Source: an uncultured virus (IMG/VR IMGVR_UViG_3300032030_000023)
Taxonomy: Duplodnaviria; Heunggongvirae; Uroviricota; Caudoviricetes
DNA: 62,640 nucleotides
Virus record (IMG/VR): IMGVR_UViG_3300032030_000023
Coordinates: 62,001-124,640 of that record
Direction: 5' to 3' (one strand)
Part shown: positions 19,613 to 27,410 of the stretch, one piece after another
Layout: the number at the start of each line of letters is the position of its first letter
Position numbering within the stretch: position 1 is the stretch's first letter
The notes under the pieces: generated by a model
Database searches by the model: none
What the model was told of the DNA's origin: nothing
Seen by the model: only the letters and a program-made list of their open reading frames with translations
Position numbers and translations under genes: made by a program

Positions 19613-19930
19613 ATGAGAATTTATGAAATTGAAAGCTATTTAACTAATATATTTAAGAAAAATAAGCTTTTAAAAGATAATTATTCAGTATTTATAATAT
19701 ATATAGCAAATAATAGTATCTTTTATAATTATGAGAGTGAATCAGAAGCAAAATATTATATATTTGTAGGGTGTTTAAAAAATACCAAAACTGAAATTCC
19801 TTTTGGAATACGAAGAAGAAAGTTTTTAGAAACTTTACTTAATAAACAACTTAAATGTACTACTTATAATTTAAAGTGTTGTCAAGAAGATTTAGAAAAA
19901 TTATATGTATTATCAAAAATTATGCAGTGA
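19613..19930 (+). CDS. small paralog-family protein
   Basis: ends EDLEKLYVLSKIMQ. Confidence 0.75.
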   Translation: MRIYEIESYLTNIFKKNKLLKDNYSVFIIYIANNSIFYNYESESEAKYYIFVGCLKNTKTEIPFGIRRRKFLETLLNKQLKCTTYNLKCCQEDLEKLYVLSKIMQ

Positions 19931-19941
19931 GGAGGTATATA

Positions 19942-20508
19942 ATGTTAGAAGTTAATATTTCAGATGCTATAACAGTTAAGCTTTTAGATAATGCTCATAA
20001 TATTATTGATAATAAGTATGTATTAACAGCTAAACAATATAAGTTATTATCTGTTGAACAAATTGATGAATTAACATTATTATTTAAAGTTCGTGATTAT
20101 AATACTAATGAAATTATTATCTTTTCAACCGAAGATGATGACATATTACATCGTCATATAGGTTTAGAGCATATTACTAACACTAATTTACAAATGAGAG
20201 CTATTAAAAAGGATTGTAAAGCCGTTGCTTCTAAGTTATATAATATATTATGTAAAAATGGTTTAATTAAAAGTAATAATATAACTGTTGATATTACACA
20301 TTATGGTGGAAAAACTTATCTTATAGAAATTAAAAATTTAAACAATTATTCGCCTTATTCATGTTGTCCATTTGGAGTTAAAAGACTTAAATTTATAAAT
20401 GAAATTACACAATTTAATTTAGAATTATCTTCCAATAATAAAGTTTTATGTATGGATGCTCTTCAATTTAATACATTAAAAACAGTTTTAAATATCTTAG
20501 GAGCCTAA
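19942..20508 (+). CDS. paralog-family protein with two tail-like motifs
   Basis: EQIDELTLLFKV and LQFNTLKTVLNILGA; GAGGAGG RBS. Confidence 0.7.
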   Translation: MLEVNISDAITVKLLDNAHNIIDNKYVLTAKQYKLLSVEQIDELTLLFKVRDYNTNEIIIFSTEDDDILHRHIGLEHITNTNLQMRAIKKDCKAVASKLYNILCKNGLIKSNNITVDITHYGGKTYLIEIKNLNNYSPYSCCPFGVKRLKFINEITQFNLELSSNNKVLCMDALQFNTLKTVLNILGA

Positions 20509-20509
20509 T

Positions 20510-20755
20510 ATGACAGAAGTAAGATCTATTGTTACTATTCCCTACGATATTAATCCTAAAAAAGATATATATCCAAAAGGAATAGTAATAAAGAAAGGAC
20601 AATATATTGTTAATGAGTGGGAATACGGTAAAAAAGTAAGTTCTAGTGATGCATTAAATCTAACTAATAAAGATACTAACGAATGGACTTGTTTTCTACT
20701 ATATCATCCAGATAAATATACTAAAGATTGGATTGTACATACTGAATACTTTTAA
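20510..20755 (+). CDS. hypothetical protein
   Basis: AGGAG RBS. Confidence 0.7.
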   Translation: MTEVRSIVTIPYDINPKKDIYPKGIVIKKGQYIVNEWEYGKKVSSSDALNLTNKDTNEWTCFLLYHPDKYTKDWIVHTEYF

Positions 20756-20770
20756 ACGAAGGAGAATATA

Positions 20771-21073
20771 ATGATGGAATTAAGACAATTATCATATTAT
20801 CTTTCAGGTTTTTTAGGTAAAAAATTAAAGAAATCAAGTATACTTACAAGATATTCTTTAGATAAACAATATATTATTATTAGTACTAGTAATAAAATAG
20901 TATATAGCCATATTTTAAAAGCAATAGAACAGTTAATAGAAGTTGTTCCAACAAGTAGAAGAAGTCCATTAGAAGGTATAATACCAGGTAATCATTATGA
21001 ATGTCTTATTTCAACAAAAGATGCAGAAAAACTAATGACTATATTAATAATTGGAGGATACTATATTGGCTAA
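20771..21073 (+). CDS. small paralog-family protein
   Basis: YECLISTKDAEKLMTILIIGG. Confidence 0.75.
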   Translation: MMELRQLSYYLSGFLGKKLKKSSILTRYSLDKQYIIISTSNKIVYSHILKAIEQLIEVVPTSRRSPLEGIIPGNHYECLISTKDAEKLMTILIIGGYYIG

Positions 21074-21392
21074 ATTAAGATTATGTAGAAATATTATAAG
21101 GAAATTAAACAAGAAATTCCATGATCAAGGTCTATCTTTTAGAATAGGAAAATATAGAAAAAATAATAACATTAAATTACTTATAACTTTTTATTATTTA
21201 AGATTTAAAGATTTAGACTTTATTTCAATTAAAAACTATATTAAAGACTTTGATAATACAGACGATTTTAAGTATAATATATATGAAGATGATATAGCTC
21301 GAACTAAAACAATAGTAATATTTAGTAATGAAGTAATTTTAGAAAAACTTTTAGCTTGTATATTATTGTTTCATAATTGTGATAAAGAATGA
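21066..21392 (+). CDS. small paralog-family protein (TTG start)
   Basis: VILEKLLACILLF; GGAGG RBS. Confidence 0.6.
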   Translation: MAKLRLCRNIIRKLNKKFHDQGLSFRIGKYRKNNNIKLLITFYYLRFKDLDFISIKNYIKDFDNTDDFKYNIYEDDIARTKTIVIFSNEVILEKLLACILLFHNCDKE

Positions 21393-21771
21393 ATAGATCA
21401 CCGCATATTGTTTTAATCAGTCCGTAATTTATTAATTAAAAAATTAAAAATTTATTTATTTTTGGTTTTTTAATTTAATAAATGTATGTTAATATTTAAA
21501 AATAAATGTAATATAGTAAGTAAGTTATTAATTAGATCATATAATATATAGAATTATTAAAAAATTAAAGAAATAGGAATTATTTTTCCAAATAGTAATC
21601 ATTTTTTTCTAAAAGATTATAGATTGACATAAAGGTACTTTTTTTGACCGTACAACAACTTTACAAAAATAATATATGATTTATTATATTTTTTAATAAT
21701 GTTGATTCTGGATTATTTTAGGAAGTTTTATGAAAGCTAAATATATAATTTATTAATGAGAGTTAAATAAG

Positions 21772-22092
21772 ATGACATATTCACAAATAAAACAATTATG
21801 TTCAAACTTAAGTAATGTATTATGTGCATATTTAGATGTAGAATGGGGAACAATTACATTAAATACTTGTGTTCAATCTGATAATAAGATTGAATATAGT
21901 TTTGCAATATGTGGATATGGTAAGTATAAAATTAGTAATCTGTTTAAAACTTTAGAAAAATTCTTAGTACAATTAAATATAAAACACCATGCACCACATA
22001 TAATGTTAAAACAAAATTTATGTTTTGTTCCTATAGACGTAGATCAACTTGATAAACTTATCATGTATTTTTCAATAGAAGGTTTATTATGA
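21772..22092 (+). CDS. small paralog-family protein
   Basis: FLVQLNIKH...DQLDKLIMYFSIEGLL. Confidence 0.75.
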   Translation: MTYSQIKQLCSNLSNVLCAYLDVEWGTITLNTCVQSDNKIEYSFAICGYGKYKISNLFKTLEKFLVQLNIKHHAPHIMLKQNLCFVPIDVDQLDKLIMYFSIEGLL

Positions 22093-22373
22093 GTAAAGAT
22101 TATGATACTTATCTTGAAGAAATCACAAGATTGCAAGAACTTTTAAAAGAAACTTTAAAAGCTAGACATAGTATTTTCTTCCATAAAACAAGTATATTAG
22201 CTTTTGATGAAGATGTAGAACCTTTAAAGCAATTTCTAACAGACTTAGGAATAGAATATAAAGAAACACAGAATGTTAAGATATCAGATACAGAGAAAGC
22301 AATAACTCTTGCAATGAATGAAAAAGAATATGAAAAACTTGTAGCATACTTTAAAATAAATGGAACCTATTAA
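22089..22373 (+). CDS. small paralog-family protein
   Basis: FLTDLGIEY...KEYEKLVAYFKINGTY. Confidence 0.75.
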   Translation: MSKDYDTYLEEITRLQELLKETLKARHSIFFHKTSILAFDEDVEPLKQFLTDLGIEYKETQNVKISDTEKAITLAMNEKEYEKLVAYFKINGTY

Positions 22374-22374
22374 A

Positions 22375-22408
22375 AATTGCTTTACATTTGAATTTTGTTT
22401 GATATAAT
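22375..22408 (+). promoter_or_regulatory. sigma70-type promoter (variant of repeated motif)
   Basis: TTTACA 22381-22386; TG-n-TATAAT 22400-22408. Confidence 0.7.
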
Positions 22409-22450
22409 TATATTATATTTTTTGAATAACTTAATTCTAGTTAAAATAAA

Positions 22451-22605
22451 AGAGATACCTCCTTTCGAGGTCTTCTGGCATATAAGACCTAAGCGGTTAT
22501 GATGCGTTACTAGAGCGTTAAAACAAATCTCACTTCTAAAATATTTTTTATCCGCAGACCAATTATTTTAGAAGATACGTAGTCAATCATAGCAATATGC
22601 CAATA
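22451..22605 (+). ncRNA. candidate structured RNA / riboregulator with pseudoknot
   Basis: ORF-free, GC-enriched; stems AGGTCTT/AAGACCT and CTTCTAAAATA/TATTTTAGAAG; loop TGGCATAT complementary to ATATGCCA. Confidence 0.5.
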
Positions 22606-22629
22606 CTTTTTTAACGAAGGAGAGTATGT

Positions 22630-22977
22630 ATGAAATTTTATTTTGAGGGTAATTATCATAACAAAGTATATTATAACAATGAGTTGTATTCAAATAAAGA
22701 TAATGGCCTTAAAGAAAAATTAAATGATTTATTCAAATGCTCTTATTTCAAATTTTTACTTTCAAATACATGTAATTATTCTATAACAATAGATAATAAA
22801 CAATATTGTTTTATGTCTTATTTTATAGCATCAACGGCATATACAGCAACTTTAATAGAAGAAAAACTTAAAGAAATTGGAATTGAATATTTTAAAACAG
22901 TTAATAATGAAATTTATTTAGATGAAAAACAATCAGAAAAGCTTTATATGTTTTTAGTTATTAATAAAATTATATAG
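22630..22977 (+). CDS. small paralog-family protein
   Basis: LKEIGIEY...KQSEKLYMFLVINKII. Confidence 0.75.
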   Translation: MKFYFEGNYHNKVYYNNELYSNKDNGLKEKLNDLFKCSYFKFLLSNTCNYSITIDNKQYCFMSYFIASTAYTATLIEEKLKEIGIEYFKTVNNEIYLDEKQSEKLYMFLVINKII

Positions 22978-22986
22978 GAAAATATT

Positions 22987-23265
22987 ATGCTTAAATATAA
23001 TCTTATACCAAAAATTCATACTGCAACAAAATTAATAAGTAGATGTATGAAGATAAACCAAAATCATTTATTATTGTTTTCAGCAAGAGAATTAGGTTAT
23101 ATTACTATTAGATCTCTTTCTAAAATAGATATTATTTATATGAAGGATAAGTTTGAAGAAAAATATAACTTTAAAACAATTATAAAAGATGATTATAGTT
23201 TAATTATAAAAATTGAAGATATAAATAATCTATTTGCACTTTATAAAATAGAAGGATGGATTTAA
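22987..23265 (+). CDS. small paralog-family protein
   Basis: ends EDINNLFALYKIEGWI. Confidence 0.75.
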   Translation: MLKYNLIPKIHTATKLISRCMKINQNHLLLFSARELGYITIRSLSKIDIIYMKDKFEEKYNFKTIIKDDYSLIIKIEDINNLFALYKIEGWI

Positions 23266-23579
23266 TGTCAGAATCAGATAATATAACACAAAATGATATG
23301 GAATTTGTAGATTTTAACAGATTTGCATTTATGTCTTATTGTATACATTCATTAAAAATCAGACATTGTTATACTACTTGCAAAAAGACTATGTTTGGAA
23401 TAATCATTAAATTTTGTGATTTGAATATCTGTAAAATTTTTTTAGAATGGTTAGAAACTCATTATGGAATAGCCAAAGAGTATAAAAGTAAACCGAATAA
23501 TTATAATAATGAAAAATATTCAGTTGAATTATCAAAACAAGATATAGAAAGAATGAAATTTATTAAAGCTATTTATTAA
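23265..23579 (+). CDS. small paralog-family protein
   Basis: YSVELSKQDIERMKFIKAIY. Confidence 0.7.
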   Translation: MSESDNITQNDMEFVDFNRFAFMSYCIHSLKIRHCYTTCKKTMFGIIIKFCDLNICKIFLEWLETHYGIAKEYKSKPNNYNNEKYSVELSKQDIERMKFIKAIY

Positions 23580-24891
23580 CCTTCTTTCCAATATCTTTAT
23601 ATTTAGAAACTAATTCTCTCTGTCTATTAATTTGTTTTTGAGTCTGTGCAAATCCCATATACTTACATAAGTGATCATTTTTAAGTATAGTAATGGCCAT
23701 ACGTTTCCAAGATGGTAATTCGGCTGTATGCATAATATCATCTGTACAATCTGGAGTACCTAAGAATATAACTTGTTGTTTCGGAGATATCTTATTAATT
23801 CTACCTAGATTACGTATTTTATATCCATGTTCTTCAAGTTCTTTAATTGTTTCATCATCTAAGCATCCACCTTTCTTCCACCAAAATCTAATAGATACTT
23901 TAAACTTTTCAATATAGTTCTCTCTAATTGCATCAGGTAAAGTAGCAAGTAAAAACTTAACGTAAGATCTCCAAGTATGTCCTTTTGGTAATGTAATACT
24001 TTTTGCACCTAATGCTTTTGTATCGCCATAAATCGCACCAAAATTAGCACCTTGTACACGTGATACTACTTTAATCCATGTCTGTGGCTCAATAACTCTA
24101 TAAAGATTAAGACTTCCTTTTGCATACTCTTGATATGGACTAGCTACACGCATTTGATAAATACTTAATCCAGCTTTATAAAAAAGGTCATATAACTTAT
24201 TATAAGGATAACCTTCTCTTGCATTAGCTATCCAAATATCTTCAGCACTCCAATCATATATAGGATAACCGTGACAATAGTTTTCACCCTTCTTTGTAGT
24301 CCATTTATTATCACCAAAAGTTAATTTCTTTTGATTATTAACAGCTCTAAAACGATTTAATGATTCATCAGTACGAATACCTAATAAACAAATAGTCTTA
24401 CCAGGATGTGTTTTTGCATACCAATCTTCAAATCCTGCATAAAAATCTTCCTGAGACATTTTATATTCATAAAAATCAAATGGATGATTATATTGATTAA
24501 TAACCCAAGGATAATTTGGCATAGGTCTAACCCACTGATCTTTTTTCTGATCATCCCAAGGATACCAATACATTTGATAATTACTAACAGCACATCTTGA
24601 TCCCATAGGAACACAACACCAATATGGTTCTATATCGTCAAGATTTTCAACAAACATCTTTTCTACATACTTAGAAGTCTCTTCATATTGAGATTCGAAG
24701 TCTTGATGAAATACACCTATTTTCTTAGTAATACCATGTTTACGTTTATAGTCAAGAATAAGATTTAAAACCATTCCACTATCTTTACCACCAGAAAATG
24801 AAACGTATATATTATCAAAAGTATCAAATATATACTTAATACGTTCCTGTGTAGCATCCCAAACATTCTTACCAATATATCTCTTAGCCAT
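23569..24891 (-). CDS. ibrA: IbrA-like PAPS-reductase/PP-loop + DUF3440 protein
   Basis: SFSGGKDS PP-loop, GIRTDESLNR, PIYDW, PSWKRM...KND...F. Confidence 0.88.
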   Translation of the reverse strand: MAKRYIGKNVWDATQERIKYIFDTFDNIYVSFSGGKDSGMVLNLILDYKRKHGITKKIGVFHQDFESQYEETSKYVEKMFVENLDDIEPYWCCVPMGSRCAVSNYQMYWYPWDDQKKDQWVRPMPNYPWVINQYNHPFDFYEYKMSQEDFYAGFEDWYAKTHPGKTICLLGIRTDESLNRFRAVNNQKKLTFGDNKWTTKKGENYCHGYPIYDWSAEDIWIANAREGYPYNKLYDLFYKAGLSIYQMRVASPYQEYAKGSLNLYRVIEPQTWIKVVSRVQGANFGAIYGDTKALGAKSITLPKGHTWRSYVKFLLATLPDAIRENYIEKFKVSIRFWWKKGGCLDDETIKELEEHGYKIRNLGRINKISPKQQVIFLGTPDCTDDIMHTAELPSWKRMAITILKNDHLCKYMGFAQTQKQINRQRELVSKYKDIGKKVNK

Positions 24892-24910
24892 AAATCTTAT
24901 TCCTAAATCA

Positions 24911-25081
24911 TTATTGCAAAAAAGTACTAAAACTTATTCCCAAAGTAAAACCACATAATATAAAAATTATTACATATAAATTAAGATAATCACGTATATC
25001 TGCATTAATATGTTTTAAATATAAACTTATCATTAACGCAATCAAAGCTGACATAAATCCAATCGTATTTAATAAAGTCAT
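24911..25081 (-). CDS. small two-helix membrane protein
   Basis: two hydrophobic stretches; between ibrB and ibrA. Confidence 0.55.
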   Translation of the reverse strand: MTLLNTIGFMSALIALMISLYLKHINADIRDYLNLYVIIFILCGFTLGISFSTFLQ

Positions 25082-25083
25082 TT

Positions 25084-25611
25084 TTAATCTACTTCCCAAG
25101 CTTCACTAAAATCTTTTTCTTTAAATAATGATGCTAAACCTGTAATTTGCTTTAATCGCAATACTTCATCAGGACTCATACCAATATTTTTACAAATCCA
25201 TGCATCACTCTTACCCATTTCAACTAACTCAGCAATAATATTACTCATTAAATCAACATTATGACTACCGCGTGCTCTATTATGACGAATAGTTGAAGCC
25301 ATACGTTCTCCCAATTCTTTATCAATAGTAACTACCGGTAATAATCCATGCTCTCTCTCATAAATACGCTTACTAGTCTTCATTGTAGTATAACGGTGAA
25401 AACCATCTACAATAACATAACGGTCATTTTCTTTATCATAATAACATACAACTGGTTGTGTATATCCATCTTCCCATATACTTGTCTCTAATAACGCCAT
25501 CTCAGGAGGAGCAACTTTATTAGGATTATATTCATTAGCATAAACTTTATCTAAAGGGACTGCTCTTACATTATATACAGGACTAAGAAATTTTTCATTT
25601 TCTTCAGACAT
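25084..25611 (-). CDS. ibrB: IbrB-like ParB/Srx-domain protein
   Basis: ANEYNPNKVAPPEM, DGYTQP, IVDGFHR, STIRHNRARG. Confidence 0.9.
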   Translation of the reverse strand: MSEENEKFLSPVYNVRAVPLDKVYANEYNPNKVAPPEMALLETSIWEDGYTQPVVCYYDKENDRYVIVDGFHRYTTMKTSKRIYEREHGLLPVVTIDKELGERMASTIRHNRARGSHNVDLMSNIIAELVEMGKSDAWICKNIGMSPDEVLRLKQITGLASLFKEKDFSEAWEVD

Positions 25612-25696
25612 AACAACTCCTTTTATCAATTAAACTTTAAATATATTATATATAAAGAACTGCTAAAGTAAAACAAAAAACATAAAGATTTTAAAG

Positions 25697-25735
25697 AATT
25701 TTTGACTTTACAAAATACATCATACAAAATATTAT
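25697..25735 (+). promoter_or_regulatory. repeated early-type promoter
   Basis: AATTTTTGACTTTACA, 17 nt, TATTAT. Confidence 0.65.
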
Positions 25736-25748
25736 ATATAAAAAGGAG

Positions 25749-26045
25749 ATGTTAATGTACAATATTAAAAAATTCTATAGTATAGTCAATGAAGAATATG
25801 ATATTGTTAAAATACAAATCTTTGTTGACAATATTAATGATGAAGGATATTGTAAAATACATGTTCTTAATAAACTAAATCCTGTAACTAGAATAACTAG
25901 TATTATGTCATTTATGGATTTGTTGAATAAACTTGAAATTAAAGATTATTCATGCAGTGTAGAGTCTAGTTTATCTCTACAAATAGATATAGATTCAGAA
26001 GAAGCAGAAAAATTATTTTTATATTTGAGGGTTTATTATGACTAA
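25749..26045 (+). CDS. small paralog-family protein
   Basis: LLNKLEIK...EEAEKLFLYLRVYYD. Confidence 0.75.
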   Translation: MLMYNIKKFYSIVNEEYDIVKIQIFVDNINDEGYCKIHVLNKLNPVTRITSIMSFMDLLNKLEIKDYSCSVESSLSLQIDIDSEEAEKLFLYLRVYYD

Positions 26046-26343
26046 TTTAACAGACATACTGACAGAGGTAGATAAAAAGTCATTTAATGAAGAATGGTTA
26101 TCTATAAACAATATAACTAATATTTTTATTGTAGCTTCATATAATGTAGAAAATGTTAATGCAATTTTAGCAGAATTAGAAATAAAACCTATTTTTATAG
26201 ATGAAAATATAAAAGATCATTTAATTTATAATGAAGTAACTATACATATGATTACATTTATATTCAATAGGATTTTATATAGCTTTTCAGAAGAAGACGC
26301 AGAAAAAATTAGAATGCTAATGAGGATATATGATAATGAATAA
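26038..26343 (+). CDS. small paralog-family protein
   Basis: ends EDAEKIRMLMRIYDNE; duplicate of next gene. Confidence 0.75.
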   Translation: MTNLTDILTEVDKKSFNEEWLSINNITNIFIVASYNVENVNAILAELEIKPIFIDENIKDHLIYNEVTIHMITFIFNRILYSFSEEDAEKIRMLMRIYDNE

Positions 26344-26668
26344 CAATGCTGTAATACATATGGACGGTAATTTAGCGGGTATGCTTCTAGAATTAAAAAC
26401 GGAAATATTTAATCAAGAATGGTTATTTACTAATAATATAACTAACACTTTTGCTATAGCACCGTATAATGTAGAAACTGTCAATATGATTTTAACAGAA
26501 TTAGAAATAAAACCCATTCTTATAGAAAAAAAGCCAGTAGATCATTTAATTTCTACAACATTCTCTATACTTTTAACTACATTTCTATTTGGAAAGATTT
26601 TATATAGTTTTTCAGAAGAAGATGTAGAAAAACTTAGAATAATAATGAGGATATACAGCAATGAATAA
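26330..26668 (+). CDS. small paralog-family protein
   Basis: ends EDVEKLRIIMRIYSNE. Confidence 0.75.
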   Translation: MIMNNNAVIHMDGNLAGMLLELKTEIFNQEWLFTNNITNTFAIAPYNVETVNMILTELEIKPILIEKKPVDHLISTTFSILLTTFLFGKILYSFSEEDVEKLRIIMRIYSNE

Positions 26669-26996
26669 TAATTGTGTAATACATATTAGCAGTAATCAAA
26701 TAATACAAGGACAAAAACATTTTACAATACCTAGAAAAGTTGAAGTATATGAGATATATTCTTATAGAATAACTATGAAAAAACCAGTATTTAAAACAAA
26801 TGATTCTACAGATACTTTTGCAGATTGCTTTATACAAATAGCAGGTGATGAAACTTTTCAAAAAATATGTCAAGATCTAAATATTCAATGGACAAAAAAA
26901 GCAATAAAATCTTACGCTACATTCTATAACTTTGATAAAGAAGATTACGAAAAACTATACTTCTATATTAAAATCATCGGAGAACATATAGTATGA
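26661..26996 (+). CDS. small paralog-family protein
   Basis: EDYEKLYFYIKIIGE. Confidence 0.75.
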   Translation: MNNNCVIHISSNQIIQGQKHFTIPRKVEVYEIYSYRITMKKPVFKTNDSTDTFADCFIQIAGDETFQKICQDLNIQWTKKAIKSYATFYNFDKEDYEKLYFYIKIIGEHIV

Positions 26997-27316
26997 ATCA
27001 ACTAAATTCAAAAGAAATAGATCCAATACGAATACTAAGAAATACACCAAGATTTACTAGATTTATACAGGATATACTAGGATTAAAATGTGAAGACAAA
27101 AATATATCAGACGATGCATTTATTATGAATGAAGGTTATAGACCAAAAGTATTACATGCGCTTTTACAACTCGATATAACTCCAATCTTTATTGACAGAC
27201 TTGATAATATATTCACAAATAAGTATTTAGAAGAAAGAGTATCGGCTTTTACTATTATAGATATAACTGAAGAAGATCATAAAAAACTAAAACTACTTCT
27301 CAAAATTTATAAATAA
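26993..27316 (+). CDS. small paralog-family protein
   Basis: ends EDHKKLKLLLKIYK. Confidence 0.75.
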   Translation: MNQLNSKEIDPIRILRNTPRFTRFIQDILGLKCEDKNISDDAFIMNEGYRPKVLHALLQLDITPIFIDRLDNIFTNKYLEERVSAFTIIDITEEDHKKLKLLLKIYK

Positions 27317-27319
27317 AAA

Positions 27320-27355
27320 TATTCCCTCTATAACTTTTACATTACAAAGGGAATA
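27320..27355. terminator. stem-loop between convergent genes
   Basis: TATTCCCT...AGGGAATA. Confidence 0.5.
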
Positions 27356-27410
27356 GTTACTAAATGAAAGAAATAACTTATAACATAATAATATGACGGG
27401 CAAATAAAAC

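Noticed and set aside
22451..22605. Assignment as SAM-I riboswitch or hammerhead ribozyme
   Set aside because: CTGGC...GCCAAT resembles the SAM-I pseudoknot only superficially; the ATC..GAG and GCAACC core is missing, as is hammerhead CTGA-n-GA...GAAA
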